From Ramazzottius varieornatus (lineage: Eukaryota; Animalia; Tardigrada): a stretch of 64,000 bases of DNA. Of the stretch, positions 25,160 to 37,949 are shown piece after piece (positions within the stretch are counted from its first letter, which is position 1; every line of letters begins with the position of its first letter). The position numbers and the translations under genes are program-made. Location of the stretch: the NCBI GenBank assembly GCA_001949185.1, contig BDGG01000021.1, forward strand, positions 299,452 through 363,451. Reading direction: 5' to 3'. The notes below the pieces were generated by a model. It saw nothing but the letters and a program-made list of their open reading frames with translations, was not told where the DNA came from and ran no database searches.

Positions 25160-28100
25160 ATGGCAGTTGAGAGCTCGGCACCGTTTTACCAATTTGCAAC
25201 GCTGTGTGAAAAGATCTCCAAGACAGCCATCAGGGAGAAGAAGACGGGATATCTGAAGAACTTTTTGGATCTGTGGCACAAGCATTACGAACAGTCTTAC
25301 CCCACCAACCCGCAGCCTCCCATCGAAACATTCTTCCCCTTTATGCGTCTTCTATTACCGGAAGCAGATCGCGATCGACCGGTGTACGGCATCAAGGAGA
25401 CGGTTCTGGCACGCTTATTCATCCAGGAGCTGGGCTTGAGCAAAGGCAGCGAAGCTTCGGAGACGCTTCTGCACTGGAAGAAGCACAAACCGCAGGTTGC
25501 TCCCATCATTATCGTAACATCCTTAGCGCACTGTGACGACGCTGTTGGTTTTTGTACAGGGTGTCGATTACCGAGAGGTGGCGGACTTTGCCGGAGTTGC
25601 TTACCATGTTCTGCAGAATCGTATTAGAAAAGACGACAACGAGGCCGGCATGTCGATACGGGATATAAACAAGTTTCTCGACACATTAGCTGAAGCTAAT
25701 CTGGTTGGAGGAGACGAGAGAAAAGGTAGAGGCAATTTGTATAAAGCTCTCTTTCCCACTGGTACGTAATGAATTGAATTAAACATGCAATTCAAAAGGG
25801 TCATGTTTGCTTTCAGAACAGACCAACCAGGCTTTCCGCGAGACATGGCGTCGAATGGACGTCCTGGAATGGAAATGGCTCATTCGCATTATACTGAAAG
25901 ACCTGAAGCTGGGCATCGGTGAAGACGCCATTCTTAACCTTTACCATCCGGACGCCAAGGACCTCTACGACGTCACCAGTAGCTTATCTGGGGTATGTCC
26001 TTATCCATCGTCCGGAGCTTCAGTCAGGTGTACAGTTGATTTGAAGTACCAGTGGCCATAATTACAGTATGTTGCCTTTAGGTGTGTTTCAAGCTGCTTG
26101 ATCCCAAAGTGCGGCTGAGCGAGATTGAAATTTCCCTCTTTATGCCAGTGAAGCCAATGCTGGCCGAAACCTGGAGCCCAGCTAAGCTACGCGTTATCCT
26201 TAAAGGCAACGCACTGCTGGCCGAAATCAAGTACGACGGAGACCGATGCCAGATCCACAAGAGTAACGACCAGTTCAAGTATTTCTCCCGCGCCGGTAAC
26301 GAGAACACGGAGGCAAGCGCTGGCTTCTCATTAAGCGTTACATACGTGGGTGTTGGTTGTACGATGACCAACGTTCATTATCGCATACAGATATTAGGTG
26401 GAGGAGCGTCGGAAGGGAACCTGACCAAATATATTGCCGATTGTTTTAACCCGGAAGCCGACAGCTTCATTATTGACGGGGAAATATGTGCCTTCGATAT
26501 GAAGGTGCGATCGAACAAGGAGGAACTTTTCACTCTACTGAGTTTGCTCTTCATGGAGAAATGTCCTGCCTAATGGGTGTGTGTTGCAGGAGAAATGTAT
26601 AGCGACCAAAGCTGAGAGTTATTCCATCAAGACATTAAACGGCGAGAATGGCTATCAAGTCTGCTTTGTGGCGTTCGACTGTCTCTTCTACAATGGAAAG
26701 GTACGCAGCGTAGGCTGGCTTCCCCTCATCTTAAGCCCAGAGTCCGTACGAATGAACCTTGTGATTTGTTGTAATGACGCATATCTTAGACGGTGACAGG
26801 CCTTCCTCTGACTGAACGACTAGCCATCCTAAAGGACCTCTTCCAGGTGGAAGAAGGCCGTTTATATTACGCCACAAGGAAGAAAGTCACCACACCGTAA
26901 GTCAGCACTTTCGGTTGGCCGGCATGCAAACGTGGTGCGGAGCATTGATTGTAGGGAAGAATGCTACGAGTACCTGAACGAAGCCATCGACCGGAACGAA
27001 GAGGGCATCATCCTGAAGCAGCCGTCGTCAGTGTACAAGCCCAACTCCCGTTCGGCCGGCTGGTGGAAGGTCAAGCCCGAGTTTGTCGATAGCCTGTCGG
27101 ACCAGCTGGACGTCCTCGTTGTGGGAGGCTATTACGGGACGGGTCGGCGAACCGGCTTCTCCCACTTTCTCTTGGCTGTGGCTCAGAACCCTGACAAGGC
27201 CGGCGACTACCCCAACAAGTTCTTGTCCTTTTGCCGAGTGGGCTCGGGCTATACATATAAAGAGCTGCAAGAGATGGGCTTGAAACTGGCCCCACATCTC
27301 AAACCCTGGAACTCTAGTGCCAAACCAGCCTGGCTGACGCTGATGGGCGAGAAGGAGAAGCCCGACGCTTACATTGAACCCGACAAGTCCTTCATCGTCA
27401 AAGTTAGTGCGGCACAGCTCTTGGACTCGGATGCCTTTGCCACCGGCTGTACCCTGCGCTTTCCTCGCCTCAAAGAGTGTCGCACCGACAAACACTGGTA
27501 CATTGCATCCCCCTACTTTCTCCAATTTACTTGCCAAGTGTCGCTTTTCGATATTCAAGGAGGTCTTTGTTGCTCAGGTATGAATGTATGACACTATCGC
27601 AGCTACTGGAGCTGAAAGGCCAAAGCAGTGGTCGTTTGGGTGCCAAGCATGTGACGGATGACCACTTTGGCATGGGTGCAAGTCCCAAGAAGCGCCTCAA
27701 AGCTCCTGTACATCGGACAGCGGTGCTTCGTCTGGCCGAACACTTCCGTCCTGCCGATGTTAGCGGCGTGAAGACCCAGGGTCATATCTTTGCCGGAAAG
27801 GAGTTCTACGTAGCCGGTACGAGTTTCTGAGGTTGCAAGAAAAAACCAAGTCAGTAGGACAGGCGGTCGATGCCTAACTGATGCTCTTATAGGTGGCGAC
27901 AAAGCTCACAGTAAGCAAGATCTGGAGAAGCTGATAGTAGCACATGGAGGAAGTGTCGTCCAGAAGGTGACAGAGGGCAACACCTTTTGTGTCATCTCGG
28001 ACAAGCGAACCGTCCACGTCCAGAACATCATCAAGACACATCTCTATGATGTCGTCTATCCAGCCTGGATTCTGCGCTGTGTTACTGCCAAAGAAATTTC

Positions 28101-28991
28101 CCCATGGTAAGTAAGCTTCGGTCTGCGGGCGCATGGCTTCGGGGACGGTTGAGGTTTGCTTAATGTTGACAGGCATCCTAATGACCTGATGTTTGCACAA
28201 GAGCGAACTCAGAAGCTGATCAAGAATGCCTTTGATAAGTACGGAGATAGCTTTACAGAAGACATCACCTTACCCGATCTGGAGAGAATCTTCACCGATA
28301 TGGAAACCAAGGTAAGGAAACCGAGTTAAGATCCTTTCAGCCAAGCTGTATCGAACACGTACAGTGGACGTTTTATTGAAGGAATTTCCGTGTTTGCAGG
28401 ACATCAGTCGGACACAACTGACAGACTTTGAAGATCGATATTACAATAATTTCCCTTCGTTTGCACTGTTTCGAACCTGCACGTAAGCCCGATAAGCGGT
28501 TGTTATTGTTGTTCGTGAAAGATAGACTAGCAAAGACACCCTTTTGCTAGTGCATATTTCGACAAGTATGCTGTGATTGGAGAACCCGCCTCTGGATTGA
28601 AGCCCGGTGCTAATATGGCCTTGGCTGAAGTGGAGTTCTTGGCTGGCGGCGGACTGGTGATGGACAAAATTTCTTCGGATGTTACTCACATTGTTCTACA
28701 TTCCCATCGGTAAGTACGAGTACTTGCCGTTTTGTGGACTGAATCGATGTCGAAAGGGACACAGGATGGTTTATCCTGCCATATCTCTTTGGCAGGTTGG
28801 CTCGCCTAGAAGCTTTTAGAAAGCTCAATCGTTCTCGCCTGAGGAAGTTTCACATCGTTAGTGAAAAGTGGGTTCTTGACAGCGTCGAACAAAAGATGAC
28901 ACTGGACGAAAGGGGCTTTGTCGTTAGATCCGACGCGCAACAGGGAAGTTCCCTCTTATGTCTTTTGTCGACAGCGTTTGAAGTCACCTAG
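25160..28991 (+). CDS. LIG4: DNA ligase IV (NHEJ), ~13 exons
   Basis: FFPFMRLLLPEADRDRPVYGIKE; adenylation motif EIKYDGDRCQIHK; EGIILK...WWKVKPEF; CTLRFPR; two C-terminal BRCT domains with inter-BRCT DKYGDSFTEDI (XRCC4-binding region). Confidence 0.97.
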
Positions 28992-29593
28992 CCAGCTCTT
29001 TTTTATCACTTAGCGTGCAAGAGATATTGTGGTGAAATCCATTTTAACTTTCAATATATTAGTTATTCATTAAGGTTTTAAAAGTGTCCCCAGTTTGCAG
29101 CATGCACTGCACGCCCATCTTTTCTGCGGAAAAATATTCGTTGTTCTATCAACATTCAGTTGCCGTAGACTCTTGTAAAACCGAAAGTGACAGCAATGTA
29201 TCGAAACAAAATCAGGTACGATACAGTACACGCAGACGCAGGCAAAGGAAGTTTGGGCCAGACGGAAAGACGGCAAACCAGTGTTGTCCAGGTAAACATT
29301 CCGTGCTACGCGGAACAGCCTGACAAAAATGCCGTATTATGGTGACTTAACAGAATCATTGCAAAATTAAATGACTTGATTAGCTGTTTCGACAGAAAAA
29401 AATGCTCTATGGTTTTATGGCGAGCCGGAAAGGCGTTCCAGTTTCGGCACCGCAATTTTTACCTGGCGAACACTGCGGCAAACTGAAAATTCATTAATTC
29501 AACCGTAGAAAGCTGCCGAAACCGTATATCGTACCTGTGCCAGCACTGAGCAGCGGCTCGCCAGAAGTGAAGTTTGTCCTTATCACTTTGAGA

Positions 29594-31203
29594 ATGGAGC
29601 AGATGAAAAGGCTGTCGTTTCGGAGGCAGTTTCACGTTCAAAATCCACTACAGCGGGAAGCGGTGCCATCGCAAAGTGTGTGGCCGTGCAAGATGTAAGT
29701 AAACTCAACTGAGCTTCGATTACTTGACCGGAAGTGGTTTTCGTGCCAGGACTGGGATCGACAATGGTTGTCCCGTGGGCCTTGGCCCTTGGGGATACTT
29801 TGTGACAGTTTGTGGATTGACAATCATGATGTGCCTGTATTATGTTGCAGTTGCAAAGTCAGCTTGTCCAAATATACCTGTCCGCGATGCAACCTTCCCT
29901 ACTGTTCGCTGGACTGCTACAAATCCTCCAGTCACCAAGAGTGCGCCGAAGCCTTCTACAGGCAGTGTGTTATGCAGGAGTTACAAGCGGACAAACTTGG
30001 GTTAGTGAAAATAACGATCGAGAACCTTGAACACAATGGCTGCAGAATGTGAACTCGTGTTCTATACTGACAGTTTATTCGTAGTGAATCTTCTCAAAAG
30101 AAACTGCTGGAAACATTACGCCAACTACAGGAGGATGAGTCGGGTTGTTTCCCAGCCGAAGATGAGGAAGCAGATGACGATGATGCCAGCAGAACATCCG
30201 GATCGAATGTGATTCCTAGCCTGGAGGAACGCTTTGGTGGAATGAAGCTCGGTAATCACTTTACAATTCTAGCCCAATACCGTTAGTCCATTACCTGTTA
30301 TCGCAGACGCAGAGTGAATATTGGTACTGTTGTTTCTAGATGGGAAAGAGTACGAGGAAATATGGTATATGCTGACTGCGGAGGAAAAGGGCGATTTCGA
30401 GGAGTTCCTGAAGGCAAACAGGTTGTCGGAGTTGATCGAAGTATGGCAGCCCTGGTGGACCATTCCTCTCCCCAAGATAACCGTGCTTTCCCCGTCCGAC
30501 GATTCGGAGGAGGTACCGTCTGCCCGTACAGACATCCCTGCCCTGATTGCGCAGCCTGACTTGTCCAGTCTATTCCAACGACAACCTTCCCACGACACCG
30601 TCCTCTTCTCCGTACTGAACTCCCTCTACGCCTACCTTCTCATCACGCGCTTGTATAATGGTGATCATCACAACTGTGCCGAACTGGCGACCAGCAACCT
30701 TTTGGAGATGGCAGTTGGCCTGTCGTCGATAGCCAAAAACCAGCCGCACAGTCTGGAGGAAGCCCTAATGATGGTTATGCTGCAGTGCGACCAGTCGTCA
30801 CTAAAGTCGGCGCTCGATAGTCCAGAAGCGAGAGCCCTAGCTATGCTGGACCTGGTCATGGTCCTTCAACAACCCGTCTTCGCGCAAGCAGCCCTTTCCG
30901 ACCTTCACGCGCTCTTCAGACGAGCAATGAAGGTTGCTAAACAAGATGAGCACGACAGACAGCAGTACAAGAACGTGGTGAAGAAGCTGGAGTACTTCAT
31001 GGCCTTTTGTCAGTGGAGCCGGGGTAAAGTGGAGGCGCAGGAACCCCTTCTTCATCGAATGCACGGTAAGGTCTCCTCTGTAACATTTTCTTTTGAGAGG
31101 GCTCGTGGATTTGGTGATAATGTCTGGCTTTCCTGTTGTAGCAAATTACGTCAAAGACGCCACGGAGCACGAATTGCTTCAAGAGAAACAGAACCGTCTT
31201 TAA
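29594..31203 (+). CDS. ZNHIT2: Zinc finger HIT domain protein 2
   Basis: Spliced CKI|CKVSLSKYTCPRCNLPYCSLDCYKSSSHQECAEAFYRQCVMQEL; WQPWW; SLYAYLLITRLYNGD; KKLEYFMAFC; stop 31201-31203. Confidence 0.88.
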
Positions 31204-31649
31204 GTAAGACAGTGCAGGAGATGCATCCCTACCCGTGTTTCCATTTGAGTTTTCTATAGGGTTTCCAGGAAGTACCAACTGGAAACCAAACAATCGAAAT
31301 AAGGACACGGGTAGGGATGCATTTCCCACACTGTACGTTACCGCCGTGATATTTTGGTTATTCATACGACTTCCGCTCTTTCAGTGTCTTCTCGATGCTC
31401 AAAGCTTGCTGTAACTATAGATTATGTGCGACACGCTGACAAGATAATTATGTCAAAATAATCTTGTTAGACCGTGTTACTCAGCGAAATGCGACTGTAG
31501 TTAACTTGGAAATACAGAGAGCCGAGTTCAGCCAAGGCTAGAACAAACAGGGAAGAAACGCTGTACACTATGTCACACTCGCTGTAAGCCAAACTCGCGC
31601 TGTCGTTTACTGAACCCCAACGACGGCAACAGCATACTGCAGGAAGAGT

Positions 31650-32509
31650 TTAGGCTGTGAACCACCAATGGTACCATTTCTCGAACTCAAAGGCCTCACA
31701 GTGCACCCAGTACTCAAAGGGTGTTGGATCTGCAACAGAAAAGATGACTTTTAGGGTCTTTAGGACTGGGATAAGTACAGACAAAAGAAGCAACATGTCG
31801 CAGAAAAGCATTTTACCAATCCAATGGTCCTTGGGCACGGTCTTGTAGACGGGCTCGTCAAACCACTTGCCCACTTCCCAGCCTGGTACGTTCTTCATTA
31901 TCCGCTCCTCTTCTTCGCGATTGCGACGGATTCGCCGTAGGTATCTGCGAAAAGCGTAAGAAAGACGGCATTTACAAGCGGTCGAAGCTTTAACACTGAT
32001 CGATTTTGACGGGGAACTTTCTTACAGGCGATCCCGTTCAGCCAGCAGCATGGGCATCAGTGCCACTTTGGCATCCAGCATCTCCAGCTTCTCTCCTCTG
32101 CAACAAGGCAAAGTGTTGACAAGTAGTCTCGCGTCGATAACCTGAAAGTAACGCAATACCAACCTCCAACGTTTCCTGTCCAGTTCCATCATAAGTTTAC
32201 CAGTGATGGTCATGAAGACAACTAGCAGAAACTGCTTGGTAGCGCCCATATATGGCTTTTGAGGTATTCGGCCCCAGTCATAGTCTGCGTATCCTCCGGT
32301 GGGTGGTAAATCCTGCTGGTAAGCTACGGGTGAAGAAGATGAAGAGGCAGGACGCTGTGGTCGGAAGAAGCCCCTTTGAGTGCGGAGGAGAATCTGCAAA
32401 ATGAGCCAGCTCAATCCCACTTCCCATAAGCACGTACGTAGCTCCACAAGGAGGATCACTTCCGGCTACCTACCTTGCTCCGTAGGCCTGTCCACAAAGA
32501 GGCCAGCAT
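31650..32509 (-). CDS. NDUFA13: NADH:ubiquinone oxidoreductase subunit A13 (GRIM-19)
   Basis: QQDLPPTGGY, single TM, ALMPMLLAERDRRYLR...NREEEERIMKNVPGWEVG. Confidence 0.93.
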
Positions 32510-33489
32510 CTTCCTTCTGATGCTCGATGCCCAGAGCTGAAATGACACTTCGTGCCGTCTGCGATGTGGGAATAAGTATTCGAGGAACGAAATCTTTCGA
32601 GGGAGGCACACAGACTGAAAAACACTAAACTAAACGATTCTGCCTTAAATGCCCTTAACACCTTGAGCACGGGGCAGGAAACGCACATTCCCGGCGCACA
32701 CTCATTTGTGCGTAGCGAGTTTCCAGTTCACCTTTTGCTCCCCGTTTTTTCCGTTTGCCCGGACAATCAACTTTTCTTGAAACTAAAACTAGCGGCTACT
32801 GGACACTGGCTCTGCGAACCTGTGTGGAATTTTTTCCCTTTCTTAATAGAATTTCGGCGTAGCCAGCAAATTACTTTCCAGCCAGGCTCTCAGTTAGTCC
32901 AGAGTCACCAAAATAATTGCTGCGAGAGCCCAAACATTTTAGTATCTTGCAACAGTTTCAGATTCGTGGAAAGATCTGCCCAGTGGTCATTAAGAAAACC
33001 TTGAAGCCTGGCCGTTTCGAGTTGGCAGGTGGCGCACTCTACATCCTATTCCAAAATTTTAGCCAATCGATGAGGTGGTGATTGGTCTAATTTTGCACCG
33101 CCCCCCAGTTTTAACCAGTTAAAACAAGGCGAGAGTGACTTTCCCCCATCGTATTCTGAAAGCATGAAATCGCGCAGTGCTCAGGGTGTTGCGAGAGCAC
33201 CGCCCAACGGCTGGCCTTACAGCGGAGCTTTAGAATGAATCATAGACCACTTGAGTCATCGTAGAAAGCTTTTTCAAAGCCCTTTAATTAGGGCAAGCTA
33301 TGGCAAGCCTGAGCTTATGGCGGAAGATCAAAGAGAAATTTCTTGGCACCGAAAGTGGTTTTTACCATCAGTCAACTGTTGTACGTACCGGGATAGTGCG
33401 GTATTATACCCTGTTGATCGTGCAGTGCCGTCAAGTGGTATATCAACAGGGTTATCAATTCCGTATTAATTAATACGCCAACAGGGTCC

Positions 33490-33770
33490 TCATTGCTTTA
33501 TTCAAACAAATAACGTTTTCTTAAAAAGAAGACCACAATGAAACAGGAGACTAAATCAAAATCAACAAGTTATGTGGACGCGGCTCTTCCCTTTCTAAGA
33601 TTCAAAACGTAAAATGTTTCTTCGAGTCTTTTAGTCTCCTTCGCAGTGCCCATAACACAAAAAGCATTACCTCGCAGTATGTCAAAAGACAAGCGCTGTT
33701 TGAAATATTTAATATACGCCAACATCTTCGAATGGTTAGTACAGAATTGATTGATCAAATCCGAAATCAC
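33490..33770 (-). mobile_element. 5'-truncated 3' fragment of an RLE-type non-LTR retrotransposon (CRE-like)
   Basis: YFKQRLSFDILRGNAFCVMGT resembles the CRE-clade C-terminal motif QRLSxxxQRGNAxxxxGT; AATAAA follows on the minus strand (33497-33502). Confidence 0.65.
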
Positions 33771-34291
33771 GACTCATGACTCATCAAAAACTTGGAAAAA
33801 TTCGTCAAAAAATTTAGAAAAGTCAGAAAAAATCGGGGAATCATCCTGAATAAAGGATTGTGCTGTCTGGAGCTCGAGCTTCCTCTGATAAGTTTGCGAT
33901 TCAGAGTCCCTTGGGTATTAATTAGCTCAATCAGTGACTGTTGTCAGCTGACAGCTGTGTGCCTGACACTGCCTGTGTCGTTATTTTCATTAATTGCGAC
34001 ATTGCGACTTTATTTCCTCGGTTCGTTTGGCATTCAAGCTGCCGAACAGTTGAACACACAAGCGCTGCAAAAGATCAATTGTCGTATCTCGTTGCGTCAC
34101 TGTCCACACGGACCACGTCTCAGACCTCCAACTATCATGACTTTTGTGGGTCATTTTCCGTGATCTGGACTATTAATCTCCAGTCGCCAGCGGTCAACCA
34201 GGGTTGTGTTATTCTTTCGGTTGCAGATGGTCGGTATGCCTGTTCTTCTGATGCAGTGGTGGGAAGCGAGACGACAGAGCAGGATCGGGAG

Positions 34292-37251
34292 ATGAAAAGG
34301 AAAGTGGGCTACTTTGTGGGATCGGGCATCACTCTTATATGGATCATCTTCTTCTATCAGTACATGCTCTTCCAGCAGCGCTCACACCTGGACTTTGAAG
34401 GAGACAGCGAGGAAGCGCCGCCGCAGATTCATCGGCTGGCCGAGAGTGGTATAGGTGCTTCACCCAAGGTATCCCGTCAACTGGCTGCACTACGCAAGGA
34501 AGTGGAGACGTTGACCAGTCAGAATGACCAGCTGCAACACTACGTCCACAGAGTCCAGAATGGTACGTCCATCCTAGCTGCTAACTGTCACCGTCCTCAC
34601 ACAGGACAGGCCAGACGTCGGTCGATGGAAGTACAGATATTGGGAGAAAATCCAACGAGGGTGAAGGAAGGCGTGACGTGCTCAAGTCTGAATATTATGG
34701 TGAAATGGACCTAGGCTACGTATTTCATGCTTAATGTGCGGGTGCTGTGTATTCTAGTGATTGGAGAAGGAAGGCTCAATTCCACTCTAACGATTCTACC
34801 ATCGCCAGTTCCCGTGATTGCCGTCGTGGTCTTTGGCTGCAATCGTCCGACTATTCGTCGTCATCTGGACCAGCTAATCAAGTACAGCTTGCACCATATA
34901 AGAAGAGTCTTCCTAATGTTGGGCCTCTGACCGGCCGGAAGTAACGCACTGTCTGTGTTTGGTGCAGGTATCGGCCATCTGCAGCAAGTTTCCCAATTTA
35001 CGTCAGTCAAGACTGTGGCCATGAAGAGACGGCGCGCGTTATATCCAGTTATGGCGATCAAGTAACCCACATGAAGGTACGCGTCTAACCCCCCCCCCCC
35101 CCNNNNNNNNNNNNNNNNNNNNNNNNNNNNNNNNNNNNNNNNNNNNNNNNNNNNNNNNNNNNNNNNNNNNNNNNNNNNNNNNNNNNNNNNNNNNNNNNNN
35201 NNNNNNNNNNNNNNNNNNNNNNNNNNNNNNNNNNNNNNNNNNNNNNNNNNNNNNNNNNNNNNNNNNNNNNNNNNNNNNNNNNNNNNNNNNNNNNNNNNNN
35301 NNNNNNNNNNNNNNNNNNNNNNNCCCCCCCCCCCCCCGCCCACTGACATTATCTTCGGCATGCGATGATTAACATCTAACCTTTGGCCTTGAATCTGGGT
35401 ATATGCTCAGTTGACGTCAAAAGTGCATGGTTTTGTCCGTAGCATACGAATAATACGCCCATCATTTTGCCCAAGAAGGACAAAAAGTTTGAGGGATATT
35501 ACAAGATCGCCCGTCACTACAAATGGGGTCTCTCCCAGATTTTTGACAAATACAACCATAGCGCTGTCATCATCACCGAAGGTATATCGCACACGTTCAG
35601 AACTATACTTGACAATCACCGGAAGCAAAGACCGGATGACTTCCGGTCGAAGCGATTTCTCTCTCCGTTAACCTGACTGATTGGATTTTGTTCGCCAGAT
35701 GATTTGGATATATCGCCCGACTTTTTCGAATACTTTGCGGGAACCTATCCACTGTTGGTGGTGGACAAGTCGTTATGGTGCATCTCGGCTTGGAACGATA
35801 ACGGCAAGGCTGGTCTCATCGCTAACGCACCAGGTACTTATACTCTACTCCATCCGTCCGTAATGTGGACCTGTTTGGCAAGCCATGCTTTCGACCGAAA
35901 TTTGTACGAATCACATACTTTTTATACAACTCAAATTTCTATCGGGAAAATGAAAGACGGCATAAAAGACAGGATAAGGAAGCGGCAGTGGTATTAATCA
36001 TTTTTTGGTTTGATCATTGATGAATCGTTGGCAGCTGGGTGTGGAAGGGCTGTGTTCATCATACTGTACCTTTTGCAGAGCTGCTTTATCGAACGGACTT
36101 CTTTCCTGGTTTGGGTTGGATGCTTCGTCGGGAACTATGGGCGGAACTAGGGCCCAAATGGCCCGACAAGTTCGTTTCCTGTTCTTGGCCAGGCTGACCC
36201 TCTCCTCACCTTGCTGCTAATAACACCTGCTCGATTGCAGGTTTTGGGACGACTGGATGCGTCGGCCGGAACAACGGCTAGAGCGTTCCTGTATCCGCCC
36301 TGAAATATCACGCACCTCCACCTTTGGCAAGAAGGGCGTTAGCAAGTAAGCTATCCATGCACCTTGCCGCCCGCTTGCCGCCTCCTATTTAACACTGCTG
36401 CGCTTTCTAGCGGGCAGTTCTTTGAACAGCACCTGAAGTTCATCAAGCTGAACGATGTGGCGGTACAGTTTACTCGTCAGAGTCTGTCTTACTTGCTGAA
36501 GGTACGAGGTAAAGGTTGTAAACTTAGCTACCCCATACCGGGTTTGTATAGTTAGCGACGGCTGTAGCGTCTATCGCTTGATTGACTATTTGATTGTCAG
36601 TCTTGGCTTTTCAACATGAGATTTCAACGTTCTTTTGATTGCGGATCTCTCGGATTCTCTGACTCGTCGTGTTGACTGTGCCTAACACCATTCGACAGCT
36701 CATTATTTTATCTATCGATCTATCCTTAAAAGTTTGGGATTGAGTAGTAGAGAACAGGCGAACTTAGACGGCTAACTTTACAAACCTGGTATGGGGAGGC
36801 TAACTTTACAACCTTCCCCTCGTAAGTAAAGTGACTTTCAGCTTGAAGGCATTGTGACATGCCTTCTTTAGGCACCGGTCATCTGACGGTTCTTTTGCAA
36901 CAGGATATCTATGATCCGCGTTTCATAGCCGACGTATACGCTGCCAAGAGTGTTTCCGTCGACGACCTGCGCAATGATAAGTTGCCCAAGACGTCTGATC
37001 CCCTCCGCGTCGAGTACTCCAGCAAAGCTGCTTTTGTTAGGGATGCTAAGCTGCTGGGAGTCATGCAGGACTTTAAGGTAAGATGTGTGAAGGGTCCTAT
37101 TGCCGCAGCTAGCCCGAGTCGGCTGCCTGTCTTGCAGGCTGGGGTTCCTCGTACCGGTTACCGCGGTGTGGTGGTCTTTGTCTACAAAGGCCACCGAGTC
37201 TTCCTGGCGCCACCCAGCGGATGGACGGCCTACGACCTGACCTGGAACTGA
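34292..37251 (+). CDS. MGAT1: Alpha-1,3-mannosyl-glycoprotein 2-beta-N-acetylglucosaminyltransferase (GnT-I)
   Basis: Type II TM N-terminus; [83 protein letters not shown]. Confidence 0.95.
35103..35323. other. Assembly gap (N run) flanked by poly-C tracts, inside an MGAT1 intron
   Basis: N run with C homopolymers of about 14-15 nt on both sides. Confidence 0.99.
36505..36822. mobile_element. Mariner-type MITE (318 bp) inserted in an MGAT1 splice donor
   Basis: Imperfect TIR of about 55 bp, CGAGG(T/G)(A/G)AAGGTTGTAAA...CCCCATACC(G/A)GGTTTGTA; TA at 36503-36504 and 36823-36824. Confidence 0.85.
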
Positions 37252-37949
37252 ATCGCCATTCCCTCCACCACTACTGTCCTGGCAGAATAGTTTAGTTGCT
37301 CATCCCCACAAGAACGTTGTCTTTCGGACTAACGCCCGGTCCAGATGTCTTTATATCAATCAAAATTCCTCATTGTGTATTACTCGCTAGCCGGCAACGA
37401 ACACCGACTGACAAAGTCGTTTATCGGGAAGCTTACTGTGGCGTGTAGCCTGCCTGTCTGAAACTCCTGACGGATACTAGCCAACGGCTTGTCTCTTCAC
37501 TGTTGTATTCATCAGCTTGTTGAAAATCTCTCTTGAAATTCTCATTGTGGCTGTGTTCCTGGAAATATTGTTCCCTTCTTTCTACCCTTGTTTCCCTGCC
37601 ACAATGTTCCTGTAATACCTGTGATATCTGTAGGAGCTGTAAATATTCTCCGCAGCTGCTATCAGTCCGCTTGTTGTTACCGTGGCACTGTAAAGTCCCG
37701 GCATTAGCCATTAACCTTTGGTTCGGCAAAGTTATCTCAAGATAATTACGATTCGAGGTCGCAAGAATCACTTGCTGATGTACGCGCAGTGCAGAACGAC
37801 ATACGGATATGGTAGTAATCGTGATGGTCATTTCAACTGAACAGGCAGAGAAGTGCCGCAAGCTCGTAAAACGACAAAGCCATGGTCACAATCTGTCAAT
37901 ATGGAAACAAAAGTGAAAAGAATAAATGAAGGTCAGTGGAAACGATAAG

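Noticed and set aside
37433-37861. 142-aa minus-strand ORF between MGAT1 and ADCK2
   Set aside because: No recognisable motif or splice support; likely UTR or intergenic.
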